A stretch of 64,000 bases of DNA. Origin: a virus. The notes beneath the pieces were generated by a model, which made no database searches, was not told where the DNA came from, and worked only from the letters and a program-made list of their open reading frames with translations. Each line of letters starts with the position of its first letter. The first letter of the stretch is position 1. Both the position numbers and the translations under genes were made by a program. Location of the stretch: positions 14,699 to 78,698 of IMG/VR virus record IMGVR_UViG_3300025413_001414; one strand, given 5' to 3'. Of the stretch, positions 11,121 through 22,733 are shown one piece after another.

Positions 11121-11336
11121 ATGGATTATTTAGATAAGTATGATGATTTAATCAAGTTATTAACAGAAGAAATTGAGATTGATGGTAAGAAATACCTTTT
11201 AAAAGATGATTTTGAAAAATTTTTTGTAAAAGGAAATAAAACTGCTGGAACAAGAATACGAAAGGTAATGCAAATGTTGAGAAGAACAGCAGAGGATATA
11301 AGAAATAATGTTCAAGATTATAAAAAGTCAATCTAA
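11121..11336 (+). CDS. Histone H1-like (Hc1-family) protein
   Basis: FEKFFVKGNKTAGTRIRK motif. Confidence 0.75.
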   Translation: MDYLDKYDDLIKLLTEEIEIDGKKYLLKDDFEKFFVKGNKTAGTRIRKVMQMLRRTAEDIRNNVQDYKKSI

Positions 11337-11338
11337 TT

Positions 11339-11361
11339 AAAAATCCCTACGGGGATTTTTT
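11339..11361. terminator. Intrinsic terminator
   Basis: AAAAATCCC-TACG-GGGATTTTT. Confidence 0.7.
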
Positions 11362-11406
11362 AGTTTTAATATTAAATATATAAATAATAAATTAATATAT
11401 ACATTA

Positions 11407-11952
11407 ATGAAAAAATTTAGTAACATATCAAAAGTAGAAGTTGGTCAAGAACCAAAGCCAGTTGAACCTTCAAAACAAGAAGTAGAAATTAATGAATTTA
11501 AGCTTGAAGTTATGAAATTAATAGATGAATTATTAAGCATTCGTTCATATGGAGTAGCTAGACCAGAAATTATGATTCCTACTAAAATTGTAGGTAAGGA
11601 AATGTTTGTTGAGGCACTTACTGATTTACTTACTAAAAAGTCTAATAAAGCACAAGTAAAGGCATTAGAATCATTAAAATCTACAAATAAAGATTGGAAG
11701 TCAATTGAAGAAAAAATTGAATCAATTGAAAATAATAACTTTGATATTAAAGAGGTTAAAAAAATTAATGATATTATTGAAAAATGGGGAAGTGATGAAA
11801 GTAACTTATCATTTTTTTTAGAATCTTATGTTAATAGATTTGATGTTGAAGAAGCTAAGAATAAATATCAGATAGTGGAGAAGATGAATAAAAATAATGA
11901 TCCACTTTTAAATTTGATTTCTGAAAAATTTTTGGAAAGAAGTAAAGTGTAA
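11407..11952 (+). CDS. Hypothetical protein (late-type promoter)
   Basis: TAATATATA at 11393. Confidence 0.6.
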   Translation: MKKFSNISKVEVGQEPKPVEPSKQEVEINEFKLEVMKLIDELLSIRSYGVARPEIMIPTKIVGKEMFVEALTDLLTKKSNKAQVKALESLKSTNKDWKSIEEKIESIENNNFDIKEVKKINDIIEKWGSDESNLSFFLESYVNRFDVEEAKNKYQIVEKMNKNNDPLLNLISEKFLERSKV

Positions 11953-11953
11953 T

Positions 11954-12172
11954 TTATCTAAGAATTTTATTAATTAAATCATCTCTTTTTTCGGTTAAAA
12001 TAACAGATTTGTAGTCATTTATAGAAACTAAGTCTTCCTCGTTGAATAGACCTTCATGTAAATTTTCGGTAGCCCAAACACAGTCACACAAACCATCTTC
12101 TTTACATTCCACTACTCTCATTTTATTACCACCAGTATTTTTGATAACTAAATCTCCTGGTTTAAATTTCAT
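11954..12172 (-). CDS. DUF2158/YodC-like small beta-barrel protein
   Basis: FKPGDLV..KNTGGNKM.V...C.W. Confidence 0.6.
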   Translation of the reverse strand: MKFKPGDLVIKNTGGNKMRVVECKEDGLCDCVWATENLHEGLFNEEDLVSINDYKSVILTEKRDDLINKILR

Positions 12173-12222
12173 GATATAAAATAGTTTTTTTTATATATTC
12201 ATTTTGAGTCACTTTCTATATT

Positions 12223-12743
<521 letters not shown>

Positions 12744-12766
<23 letters not shown>

Positions 12767-12971
12767 ATAATTTAATTTTATTTTCTCTTATCATATCTTT
12801 AGTTAAATCAGCTCTTCTATATTGCTCAGCACAATAGTAACATCTGGATCCTTGAAATTGGTAATGAAGACCGAATGTATAAGAACAGTCTTCGCAGTAA
12901 TGTAATCCACAAGTATCACAAACCCATTCAGGCTCCACATTCTCGGTATAACAAATATAACAATGTATCAT
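12744..12971 (-). CDS. Cys-rich Zn-finger protein
   Basis: Four CxxC pairs. Confidence 0.6.
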
Positions 12972-12972
12972 A

Positions 12973-13827
12973 TCAATAATTCATTATTAAAATTTCAGTT
13001 GCCTTAGTTTGTGCTTTACCAGATTTAGCCATTGCAGCTTTATGAAAATCCATTTGCTTCCAAGTATATTCATCTTTTGGAAACCATTCTGATAATTGTG
13101 GAAAATCATAATAACTCAAAGAAAATTTACCCTTAATACTTTTTAGACAATTAGGCAATCTTTCATGATCTTCTCTTGTGAATGAGTGATTAGAATAATA
13201 TTTTCCTTCACCAACAATATAGTAAGGAGGATCACAATAAAAATAACTTTTCTCAGAATCATACTTTTTAATAACTTCCTCAAAATCTAAATTTTCAACA
13301 TCAGTAATAGCCTGAAACATCTTTTGCCACTTTGGATGTTCTAATTTATTTTTAAATGAAGTAAATTTAGAATGATACTTACCTTTCAAGTCAATGAACT
13401 TTGAGGTTGCTGGATTAGCTCCAGAAAAAACTTGACTCAATACATAAGCATAACCAGCTGCTAAATTGTAATTAGGCTCATCAGGAATTTTAAAATCGGG
13501 ACTAAAAATCTTTGATTGAATTTTATTAAAAGTCTCTCTACATTCAACAGGTGTAGGTGAGATACCTTTTTGTTGAACTGGTAGTTTGTTACAAGCTTCT
13601 AATAGTTTTTTAGGATTTCTAATACATCTATAAAGATTATAATTTAATGGATTAAAATCATTATAGACAATTGTTTTTAAATTAGGATATTCATCTAACT
13701 CCATTTTAAAAAATGTCCAGAACATACCACTAAAGCTCTCACAAAAAACTTCAATATCTTTTGGAATATTAGGAATTATTAAATTTGGAGCAATAGTAGA
13801 TTTACCCCCGATATAGCTTATACACAT
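12973..13827 (-). CDS. D12-class N6-adenine DNA methyltransferase
   Basis: ISYIGGK, ESFSG, DPPY, EILIMNY. Confidence 0.9.
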   Translation of the reverse strand: MCISYIGGKSTIAPNLIIPNIPKDIEVFCESFSGMFWTFFKMELDEYPNLKTIVYNDFNPLNYNLYRCIRNPKKLLEACNKLPVQQKGISPTPVECRETFNKIQSKIFSPDFKIPDEPNYNLAAGYAYVLSQVFSGANPATSKFIDLKGKYHSKFTSFKNKLEHPKWQKMFQAITDVENLDFEEVIKKYDSEKSYFYCDPPYYIVGEGKYYSNHSFTREDHERLPNCLKSIKGKFSLSYYDFPQLSEWFPKDEYTWKQMDFHKAAMAKSGKAQTKATEILIMNY

Positions 13828-13901
13828 AGTTATACATTATTTTATAACTATTATATTTAATTATCTGAAAAAGTTGCATTTCTATAAATTAAAAAAACCT
13901 G

Positions 13902-14114
13902 TTATTTTCTAACAGGTTTTTTCTTATTATTATAAAGTGTATCTGATTTTTTTAACCACATAACATAATCTTGAAATTGATTATGAAGAATTGTGGTATT
14001 ATTCTTTACCTTTTTTACTACGATAGAATCTTTAAAAATTTCAATCGGCACAATTACTTGTGACTTGACTGAGATTGAAAAAAATACTAAAATTATACCT
14101 AAAAATTTTTTCAT
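13902..14114 (-). CDS. Small secreted/membrane hypothetical protein
   Basis: Signal-peptide-like N-terminus. Confidence 0.5.
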   Translation of the reverse strand: MKKFLGIILVFFSISVKSQVIVPIEIFKDSIVVKKVKNNTTILHNQFQDYVMWLKKSDTLYNNKKKPVRK

Positions 14115-14115
14115 A

Positions 14116-14697
14116 TTATTTAACTTCTTTTAGTTTATTAATTCTATCTCTAATTTGTGAAGCAATTTCAAACTCCTCATCTTCAACTGCTTTTTCAAGC
14201 ATCTTTTCAAGACTCTCAATAGAGACGGTTTCTTTCTTTCTTTCTCTATGATTCTTTTTATTTTGATCATCAGCGATTTGACCATCATCTGTCATATATA
14301 TACCAGCCATATCTAATACTGATTGAGATGCGTAGATAGGACATTTATAGATAATTGACATTGCAACAGCATCACCAATACCACATTCAATATCATAACT
14401 ATCCATAACATTAGATAATGTGACTCTTGTATAAAATACACCCTCAGTTAAAGAATGTATGTATATCTCATTAATCTCACCACCTAAAGCATCAGTGAAA
14501 CTTTTGAATAGATCGTGTGTTGATGGTCTTGGTGATTCAATACCTTCCATTTTTAAAGCGATGTATTGAGCATCATTTGATTTAATAATGATAGGTAGTT
14601 TTCTGTCACCTTTTATTTCAGATAATACCAAAACATAAGATCCAATTTGACTTTGACTATAAGATAGTCCCAATATTTTTAATTTAATTCTCTTCAT
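14116..14697 (-). CDS. Bifunctional nuclease (DUF151) with UVR domain
   Basis: RKLPIII, PRPSTHDLF, EDEEFEIASQIRD. Confidence 0.85.
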   Translation of the reverse strand: MKRIKLKILGLSYSQSQIGSYVLVLSEIKGDRKLPIIIKSNDAQYIALKMEGIESPRPSTHDLFKSFTDALGGEINEIYIHSLTEGVFYTRVTLSNVMDSYDIECGIGDAVAMSIIYKCPIYASQSVLDMAGIYMTDDGQIADDQNKKNHRERKKETVSIESLEKMLEKAVEDEEFEIASQIRDRINKLKEVK

Positions 14698-14706
14698 AAA
14701 TATTTT

Positions 14707-15357
14707 TTAATCTTGTAACAATAAGTCTGCTGCGCTTGTGGCTGCAAATGCGATATTCTTACTAAAAACTCTATATCCCAAGCTTCTCAAGTAAGGAACC
14801 ATTGCTTTATAACTCATATTTGATTTATTTTTAGCATTACCTTTCTTATCAACATGACCTTCGCTTGGATTGTAGTCAACGTGAATATCAACTAATTTGA
14901 AAGGGATTTCTCTTTCAGCTTCAGTTAAACTCAAGTTGTTGATAAAAGAATCCTCATTGTGAGGTAATATATGAGAATATTGACCAGCGCATTTTAAAAT
15001 ATGAAACTTATACCTTTTTCTTTCCTTATCACTCAAGTCTTTTCTTTGATAGAATGGCTCTAATCCTTCTTGTAGCATATCAGCAACTGCAAGTGCTAAT
15101 TCAGCTTCTCTTTGAAGTCTTTCAAAGTGATCACGAACTTTATGAACGTTTTCTCTAAAGAATATAACGTGAGCACCGTTTCTAATATCAGTGTCATAAA
15201 GCATAATAGTAACTGCATAGACAGTTTTTCTACGTCGTTGCACAGAATCACAACCTACGCTAATAGTTACATTAGGAGATTTATTGATATACTCTTTAAG
15301 ATATTCTATTATATCAGGGATAAATTCCCCACCAAACCTTTTAAATTTATTTTTCAT
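14707..15357 (-). CDS. RNase H-like YkuK/DUF458 protein
   Basis: ISVGCDS, RLQREAELAL, IHVDYN, AATSAAD. Confidence 0.75.
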   Translation of the reverse strand: MKNKFKRFGGEFIPDIIEYLKEYINKSPNVTISVGCDSVQRRRKTVYAVTIMLYDTDIRNGAHVIFFRENVHKVRDHFERLQREAELALAVADMLQEGLEPFYQRKDLSDKERKRYKFHILKCAGQYSHILPHNEDSFINNLSLTEAEREIPFKLVDIHVDYNPSEGHVDKKGNAKNKSNMSYKAMVPYLRSLGYRVFSKNIAFAATSAADLLLQD

Positions 15358-15592
15358 CGTTTCCTTTTTCTTCTTTATCGTATTCTATTATATTTATTAA
15401 TAAAATGCTTTTTTGTGTAATAATAGGTGGTATTACCATAAATCCATCTTCTAACCACATTTCAAATCCATTTTCATCAACATAAAACTTTTTAGAAATA
15501 TCAACCATTTCTAAATATTGGTCACTTGTTATATTCATCTTTTCAGAATGAAATTCACCTAGTTCATTTTTGATGACCATTTGGACTATCAT
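15347..15592 (-). CDS. Hypothetical protein
   Basis: ORF. Confidence 0.55.
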   Translation of the reverse strand: MIVQMVIKNELGEFHSEKMNITSDQYLEMVDISKKFYVDENGFEMWLEDGFMVIPPIITQKSILLINIIEYDKEEKGNDEK

Positions 15593-15676
15593 AAGTATAA
15601 ATTTTTATTATTATACTTACGATATAGTAAATTGTTTAATTAACAAATTTAAGGAAAAACTTCGTATCAAAAAAAA

Positions 15677-16495
15677 TTATTTATAGAAAAGATGTGAAAA
15701 ATTATCTTTCTCCTCGGTTATAACCCTTGGATAATAAGGATCTGATTCGATATCGTAGATACTCGATTTAATATCTCTACCAAATAGGTCACCGAATGTA
15801 TTATCTTCTTTCATTTGAAAGCATTTATCTATATGATCTTGATTATCGTAAAGATGAACCTCATCATGTGCTGTATTTTTAAATTTGTTCTCAACATTAT
15901 CTTTACCAATCCAGCTGAAATGATAACCCATCGATCCTTCCCACGGAATATCCCACCTACCAGCTCTCCATATCTGTGGTTGAAATAGATTTTTCCTTTT
16001 TCCGACAACTGTTCCTTTCCACAAAACATCATTTTGTATTACATTTAAATAATAACAAAACGAACTCATACCAAAACTAAAGTAAGGATATCTATCGGTT
16101 AAATCATATATCATATCCATAGCAAAGTAGTTAGGAAATTCATCTAAATCACTAATCATTATTATATCTTCATTGTTAGCGTTAAGTAATCCATACATGA
16201 TGCCGTTTCTTTGTTGGTTATCTAGAATCATAAATGGACTATTAGGATTATACGAATCACCTTTGTAATTCATATCCATATTACCAAAATTCAAGTTTAC
16301 TTGAATATACTCAATCTTGTCTTTTGCCCATTCAAAATCTTGTTGAATTTTGCTAAAATTCCAATCTTTGAGTATACCTCTATGTGTCATATTTGCTTCT
16401 ACTATAACAAATTTATCAACGTAATTCCATAGATGTTTTAATCTAAAATATAGAATATCAGTTTCATTATTGAATGTAAAACAATCGTAAATCAT
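15677..16495 (-). CDS. Glycosyltransferase family 17-like
   Basis: IYDCFTFNNE, VDKFVIVEAN.TH.G, SDLDE, GYHFSW. Confidence 0.85.
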   Translation of the reverse strand: MIYDCFTFNNETDILYFRLKHLWNYVDKFVIVEANMTHRGILKDWNFSKIQQDFEWAKDKIEYIQVNLNFGNMDMNYKGDSYNPNSPFMILDNQQRNGIMYGLLNANNEDIIMISDLDEFPNYFAMDMIYDLTDRYPYFSFGMSSFCYYLNVIQNDVLWKGTVVGKRKNLFQPQIWRAGRWDIPWEGSMGYHFSWIGKDNVENKFKNTAHDEVHLYDNQDHIDKCFQMKEDNTFGDLFGRDIKSSIYDIESDPYYPRVITEEKDNFSHLFYK

Positions 16496-16496
16496 A

Positions 16497-18512
16497 TTAA
16501 TTATATATATCTTTAATTATTTTATCTAATATTTCAAACCTATCATATTGGTGAACAATTGCGTAAACTTCACCACTTTGATTCACTATTTGATTATCTT
16601 TATTAATCGAGATAAAATTAGTTTGACCTAAAGTAGATATTTCCTTAGTATTATTATAGTGTTCTTTTACTTTATCTGGAAATGCATTTGAATAGTAAAT
16701 AGGAATTGCTTGTTCGACTACAAAGGAGTTATCACCAGTATCAAGTGAGGATTTTTCAATAATTAATTGAATAAAGAATTCCAAAAAGGGCATTATTTCG
16801 TTTCTATTACCAGCTATAATACCACCATTTAATATAGGTCTATCTTTAACTTTTTCAAAATATTCATCTCCATAAACTCTTTTGATCCAAGTTGTATTAA
16901 TCCAACAATTACCAATTGTGTTATCTTCCATACCAAAATGAACAACTCTTTCTTTAAAATAGTTGAAAGGATTATCTTGAAATATAACATCTCTAGAATC
17001 TACTAATAATATATTTTCATATTGTAGATAATTATCTAATACTATTTTATAATAGAAAGGTCTTAGATTATTAATTGTATTTAGCTTCAGTTGAATATAT
17101 TCTGGCTTAATCAATTGATTAATTATATCTATATTGACTGAGTAATCAATTTGTATAGGTTCATATGATAATACCATCAAAGTTCCTTTAAAATTAACTC
17201 TTTCTAAACTTTTAATAAACGGTCTAATCATTTCTGATGTATAGTTTATAGCAACAGTTAGTATTAAATCTTTTTTCATTTCTTTTTTATATACCCAACA
17301 TCCTTGAAAATCTTGAATATCTTTTACATCAAAAGATTCATGAACTGCCTTTGTTACACCTTCTAACCCAATAGGCCCAATTCCACCCGGTGGGACGTAA
17401 GGTCCATAATCATGACCAGCAATAATACCACCAACTTTAACTTTAGGTAACCAATGCTCAATATCTTCTTTAACACTCTCATAGGAGTGGTCTCCATCTA
17501 TGAAAACAAAATCTAAGGACTCATCTTCATATAATTTAGATGCTGATACAGAAGTTGATCGTATTGGATTGATAATATACTTAACTGGTTTAATATTCTT
17601 TAGAAACTCAATATATAACCCATCTTTGTTGCTTAATAAAGGTTCAAACCACGGACTATAAGGGTCTCTATGCACATCGGCCCCATCCCAAGTATCAACA
17701 CAGTCGAACTGTATCTTTTTTCCTGAGTTATGTATCTCTACAGCCATATAAGCTGAGCTTCTACCTTTCCACGACCCAACCTCTACAAAGTGGCTTCCTT
17801 CTGGAAATTGTTTGACCATACTTGAGTATAGATCAGGGTAGGTAAACCAGTCCTCTCCTAAATTTTGATAAAAGTGTTCCATCTTTTTATTTATGAATAG
17901 TATATTTTTTTGGTGTAGATTAGTATATGTATTTACTAATTCATCTAATGTCTCTGCCTCTTTAAATCCCAATTCGTCCATGAACTTACAAACCTCATCA
18001 TACAATGGAGAACCCTGATTATAAGGAGTCATAGATACTTCTAATAATATCCCTTTAGCTCTACTACATATATTTCTACCACCTGTTATTATATCTAATT
18101 CAGAACCTTGTGTATCTAACTTTATTAAATCAAATTCCTCGTTTAAGATATCATCTAGTTTGACTCCTTTCTTTTTGATAATATTAATCTTATCATCAGA
18201 ATACCAATCTGTCAACTCTCTATATATAGAATTACCAGTTGAGATTGGATTATTAGTTGTATAAAAATCATATTCTGAATTATCTTTAGCTAATAAACCT
18301 ATATAGTAAGAATTGGTAAGTTTTTTGAGGTGTATTTCACATTCTTCTGAAGCTTCTACCGAGAATATGTAGGCATCAGGAAACTGTTCTTTAGCGAAGT
18401 AATGAAATTGTCCAATATTTGCACCTATATCTAATATTCTATTTGGGTAGAAATACTTTTTGATAGGGGTTAAGTCAGTGCTATCTTCTTTTTTATATTG
18501 ACTAAACTCCAT
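16497..18512 (-). CDS. Tri-domain FkbM methyltransferase / class I methyltransferase / glycosyltransferase-like fusion
   Basis: LDIGANIG..KLDTQGSE; VEVGSWKG..FIDGDHSYE; DSRDVIFQ..HQYDR. Confidence 0.8.
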   Translation of the reverse strand: MEFSQYKKEDSTDLTPIKKYFYPNRILDIGANIGQFHYFAKEQFPDAYIFSVEASEECEIHLKKLTNSYYIGLLAKDNSEYDFYTTNNPISTGNSIYRELTDWYSDDKINIIKKKGVKLDDILNEEFDLIKLDTQGSELDIITGGRNICSRAKGILLEVSMTPYNQGSPLYDEVCKFMDELGFKEAETLDELVNTYTNLHQKNILFINKKMEHFYQNLGEDWFTYPDLYSSMVKQFPEGSHFVEVGSWKGRSSAYMAVEIHNSGKKIQFDCVDTWDGADVHRDPYSPWFEPLLSNKDGLYIEFLKNIKPVKYIINPIRSTSVSASKLYEDESLDFVFIDGDHSYESVKEDIEHWLPKVKVGGIIAGHDYGPYVPPGGIGPIGLEGVTKAVHESFDVKDIQDFQGCWVYKKEMKKDLILTVAINYTSEMIRPFIKSLERVNFKGTLMVLSYEPIQIDYSVNIDIINQLIKPEYIQLKLNTINNLRPFYYKIVLDNYLQYENILLVDSRDVIFQDNPFNYFKERVVHFGMEDNTIGNCWINTTWIKRVYGDEYFEKVKDRPILNGGIIAGNRNEIMPFLEFFIQLIIEKSSLDTGDNSFVVEQAIPIYYSNAFPDKVKEHYNNTKEISTLGQTNFISINKDNQIVNQSGEVYAIVHQYDRFEILDKIIKDIYN

Positions 18513-18611
18513 TAATTTTTTATTTTTTATATATTTTTCACAAGGACAAGTTTAAATAAAAAAAGTTGATACACAAGGTATCAACTTTGTAAGGCTTCAA
18601 CAAGTAAAGAA

Positions 18612-19745
18612 TTACTTGGTTGGTTTATTGATTCGTTTGATATTAACGAGAACATCTTTGAACGAAATCATAAACTTCTTAATCTTCGGATCTGACACGT
18701 CAGGAACGTTATCGAGAACGTGTAACAGATAAGCCGTCAATTCATCATCACCGACCCTCTTCAAGAACTTGGTAACATTGTCGATTTGTTTATCAGACAA
18801 TTTCTTGATATCGTACTCCTTCAATGATTGGATCAATTCAGAGTTTTTATCACGATTATACTTATCCAATTCTTTTACTACAGTGTCGTAACGGTCAATA
18901 ATATCTTGGATAGTGATATTAATCATTTCTTGACAATATTGTAAGAAACGTTGAGCGCCGTTACCAATGTAAGAGTGTGCGATGTTCTGTAGAACTGGCA
19001 AGAATGCCTTTGGAGACGAATCTTTACCGAAATTGTTACAAATAAAGTCACTCAAGAATGTCCAAGAACGAGGCGTTGCGTAAGCCTTAGTACTTTCAGT
19101 TGGGGCTTGATACAACTTTTCAGGGTAGTTCTTGATGTAGGAAACTACAATCGGGTGAACTTTATCCTTAGCGAAGTTATCAATCCATTCATCAGCACCT
19201 AAAGTATGTGAATAGTGAATCAAACGGTTATTAAGAGCGTTGTCGAATTCTTCAACATCAGTACCATCTTCATCACCAAGGTTACCACTGGACATCATCA
19301 ATACGGTATCATTGAATTTGAACTCAGTACCGATTTGACGTTCAAGAAGAATTTGAAGAGCCGCGTTACGAACTGGTAGAGAAGCACGATTCAATTCTTC
19401 AAAGTGAATAATCGTAGGTTGTTTGTTAGCCTCAATAGCCCAACGAGGAACTACGAAGTCAAGACATTTAACACCCGAAACATCACTGACACTAGGATAA
19501 AGACCTACGTCGGTTTCGTCAACCATTGAAAGTCGAATATCCATATATCTAAATCCTATTTTTTCAGCAATTGAACGTGAAATTGCTGATTTTGCAATAC
19601 CAGGTTTAGAAGTAATGTAAAGAACACCGGATTTAGGCCACATTACCATGAAGTAAAGACGTTCACGTTCAGTAAGAGCGTTCATCTTGGCCATAAATTC
19701 TTGTGGTAGACCTGCTTTTGTATCTTTGTTTTCTGCCATAATCAT
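18612..19745 (-). CDS. MoxR-like AAA+ ATPase
   Basis: SKPGIAKS Walker A, IIHFEELNRA, NAALQILLER, ATPRSW. Confidence 0.85.
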   Translation of the reverse strand: MIMAENKDTKAGLPQEFMAKMNALTERERLYFMVMWPKSGVLYITSKPGIAKSAISRSIAEKIGFRYMDIRLSMVDETDVGLYPSVSDVSGVKCLDFVVPRWAIEANKQPTIIHFEELNRASLPVRNAALQILLERQIGTEFKFNDTVLMMSSGNLGDEDGTDVEEFDNALNNRLIHYSHTLGADEWIDNFAKDKVHPIVVSYIKNYPEKLYQAPTESTKAYATPRSWTFLSDFICNNFGKDSSPKAFLPVLQNIAHSYIGNGAQRFLQYCQEMINITIQDIIDRYDTVVKELDKYNRDKNSELIQSLKEYDIKKLSDKQIDNVTKFLKRVGDDELTAYLLHVLDNVPDVSDPKIKKFMISFKDVLVNIKRINKPTK

Positions 19746-19759
19746 TTGTTTTATTTATA

Positions 19760-19916
19760 CAAATTTACGAATTGTTTTTGAATTAAAAAAATTTATTTTT
19801 ACAATCACATATTCTCTGTAAGAGTTTATTTATACAAATATACGATATATTTCTTAATTACCAAAACTTATTTTTTATAACCAATTCATATTGTTCGTAT
19901 ATATCACACAAATGTA
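19760..19916 (-). promoter_or_regulatory. Three tandem Bacteroidota-type promoters
   Basis: TAnnTTTG at 19760-67, 19835-42, 19909-16, ~75-bp period. Confidence 0.7.
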
Positions 19917-20014
19917 AATCAAATTTCTAAATCCACAAAAAATTTGTTTCCGATAAATAGTTCAACTATCAAAGGGAAGGGAGGGTATTTAATATATAAG
20001 TAGAAATTAATTTT

Positions 20015-21742
20015 ATGCAAAACTATACATTTTTATATAATGATACAAAGTTAGACAAAAACAAACTAAAAGAGGATTGGATTAAGAAAAATGTCCCATC
20101 TTTATACAAAGATGTTATATCATTCTCAAACATGATAAACTTTGAGTATTCCAAATTTTCACAATTATTATATCATTATAAAATAAATAAGACTGAATTG
20201 CCAATATGTGACTATTGCAAAAAAGAAAATAAAAGATTTATTGGATTTGATTATGGATATAAACTAGGATGTAGTAGACATTGTGCAATTTTACTAACAA
20301 GACCAAAGTCAAATGAAACTAGGAGATTGAACACATTAGAAAAATATGGAGTTGAACACACCACCCAACTAAATTCAGTTAAAGAAAAAATAAAAAAAAC
20401 CAACATTAAAAAGTATGGAGTAGAACATGCTTCACAGAATGAAAATATTAAAAATTCAATTAAAAAAACAAACAATATACGATATGGTACTGATTTGCCT
20501 CTTCAAAATTTACAAATTAAGAATAAAATGATTGATAACTTTATAGAAAAGTATGGTGTCAGTAACCCAATTTTACTAGATTCAGTCAAAAATAAAATTA
20601 AAAAAAATAATTTGAAAAAATATGGATGTGAATGGCACATATCTTCTGATATTATCAAACAAAAAATAAAAAATTCACAATATCTTCATAATTATAAAAA
20701 TATTGTTTCTAATTATGGTAAAATCGATGGATTAAATATAATATCATATGAAAATAATATAGTAAAATTTTATTGTGAAAAGTGTAACAATGAGTTTGAA
20801 TCAAATTATGTACATCTTTATAATAGACATATCAGAGATAAATCTAATATTTGTACTATTTGCAATCCACTAAATAACAAAACATCTAATGGACAAAAAG
20901 AAATTATAAATTTTTTAAAGGAACTAAGAATAAATATTACAGTAAATGATAGAAAAATAATAAATCCATACGAAATAGACATTTATCTAAAAGATTATAA
21001 TTTAGGTATTGAGTTTAACGGCATATATTGGCACTCTGAAATAAACAAGGATAATGGCTACCATTATGATAAGTATAATAGATGCACACAAAAAGGTATT
21101 GGACTAATTCAAATTTGGGAAGATGATTGGACATATAAAAAGGATATAATAAAGTCAGTGATAAAAAGTAGGATAAATAAGAATTCATCAATTGGTGCTA
21201 GATTATGTATCATAAAAGTAGTTTCAAATGAAGATTCTAAAATTTTTCTAAATGAAAATCATATTCAGGGATGGTGTATTTCAAAATATAGATATGGATT
21301 ATATTTTGAAAATAATCTAGTTAGTATATTAACAATTTCAAATAGTAGAAAAAATATTACTAAAAATGCAAAAATCGGAGAATATGAAATAGTTAGATTT
21401 TGTAATAAAATTGGAACAAATATCATTGGATCTTTATCAAAACTTTGGAAGTTTTTTGTAAATGAAATAAATCCGGTAAGAGTTATTTCATATTGTGATA
21501 ATGATCTATTTAGTGGTAAATCCTATTATAAAATAGGTATGAAATTAGATAGTATGTCATTTAATTATTGGTGGTGTGATGGTGATAAAAGACAAAATAG
21601 ATGGAATTTCAGAAAAGATAAATTAATAAGTGAAGGATATGATAGAGAAAAAACTGAATCAGAAATAATGATAGAAAGAGGATGGTATAAATGTTATGGA
21701 TCTGGTAATAAAAAATTTATTTGGAATAAAGATAATATTTAA
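20015..21742 (+). mobile_element. Free-standing KYG-repeat / Vsr-like putative homing endonuclease
   Basis: EKYGVE repeats, EIDIYL..GIEFNGIYWHS, IWEDDW. Confidence 0.75.
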
Positions 21743-21747
21743 CATAA

Positions 21748-21778
21748 AAAAAAAGAATCCGATTGGATTCTTTTTTTT
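21748..21778. terminator. Bidirectional terminator
   Basis: A-tract GAATCC-GATT-GGATTC T-tract between convergent genes. Confidence 0.75.
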
Positions 21779-21798
21779 ATTTCTCCGAAATATTTTTA

Positions 21799-22434
21799 TT
21801 ATCCTTTAATAACTTCTACGTTTTTCACAGCGATTACAGGTTTAACTTCTTCTACAATATTGTAGATTTCCATATCAGCCTCTTGAGAGTAATCCTTCAG
21901 CTTATCGATTGTACCTTTAGCCACACTGAAAGAAACAACGGCTTTAACAATCTTTTCTTTATCATCTTCATCAATTTCATCACAAGCCTCAATCAATTGA
22001 GAAAGAATTTCACCATATTTATCAACCATTTCACTATCAAATGAGAAGCTCGTTTTTTCTTCAACAGCAGCTTCACCGAAGGTTTCAGTCAAATACTTAG
22101 CCCTATCTTCGTTGATAGAAATATACTTATCAGAAGGTACGAACATCATTTGAGCCGTATCCAAACCAGATTTAGCCTCCAACATGATAGAACCTGGATT
22201 TTTGCTGGTTTTATCATATACTTTAGACCACTCAACCTTACCAATTTCTTTTACTTCATCAGAAATCATATCAGCCTCGGCCTTATCACGCTTCATGTTA
22301 TCTTGAAGCTCTTGAAGCTTTTGAATTTTATCGAAGAAATCAGCATCTTTCACTTTAACACGAACTTTTTCATCTTTCGCTTTAGTTGTTTTAGCGGGAG
22401 CCGACTTTTTAGCTTTTGCAAATAAATTAGCCAT
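21799..22434 (-). CDS. Hypothetical early protein
   Basis: Higher-GC codon usage, own host-type promoter at 22472-79. Confidence 0.7.
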   Translation of the reverse strand: MANLFAKAKKSAPAKTTKAKDEKVRVKVKDADFFDKIQKLQELQDNMKRDKAEADMISDEVKEIGKVEWSKVYDKTSKNPGSIMLEAKSGLDTAQMMFVPSDKYISINEDRAKYLTETFGEAAVEEKTSFSFDSEMVDKYGEILSQLIEACDEIDEDDKEKIVKAVVSFSVAKGTIDKLKDYSQEADMEIYNIVEEVKPVIAVKNVEVIKG

Positions 22435-22513
22435 AATAATAAGTTTTAAGTTTTTTGATTGATTTGTTTCACAAAGATACGAACTTTTTCAGAAACCACC
22501 TAATTTTTTATTT

Positions 22514-22733
22514 AGAAATGACATGCTAAATACACCATACCCTTCATTTCTCTCGTTCTTTGTTACACAAAGATACGACAAATTTCCGAAACCACCAAAT
22601 AAAAATTCCCCTCGTATAGAGAGGAATTCTTATACCAAAACAAACAGTTATGAGACTAAAGTGACGTGCCAGATACACTATACCTTTCACTTTGTAAATG
22701 ACGTGCCAGATACACTATACCTTTCATTTACAA
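22514..22733 (-). ncRNA. Small RNA(s) built from three copies of a conserved hairpin
   Basis: 28-bp core repeat at 22662-89 and 22699-726 (identical) and 22519-46 (23/28); covarying closing stems; promoters at 22736 and 22568; terminator 22601-30. Confidence 0.6.

Noticed and set aside
14116-14180. IRDRINKL counted as the C-terminal tag
   Set aside because: It is part of the standard UVR domain of DUF151 proteins, although the resemblance to the tag may be informative
22514-22733. CRISPR mini-array
   Set aside because: Repeats are nearly adjacent (9 nt between cores) with no spacer-length unique sequence and no cas genes in the window
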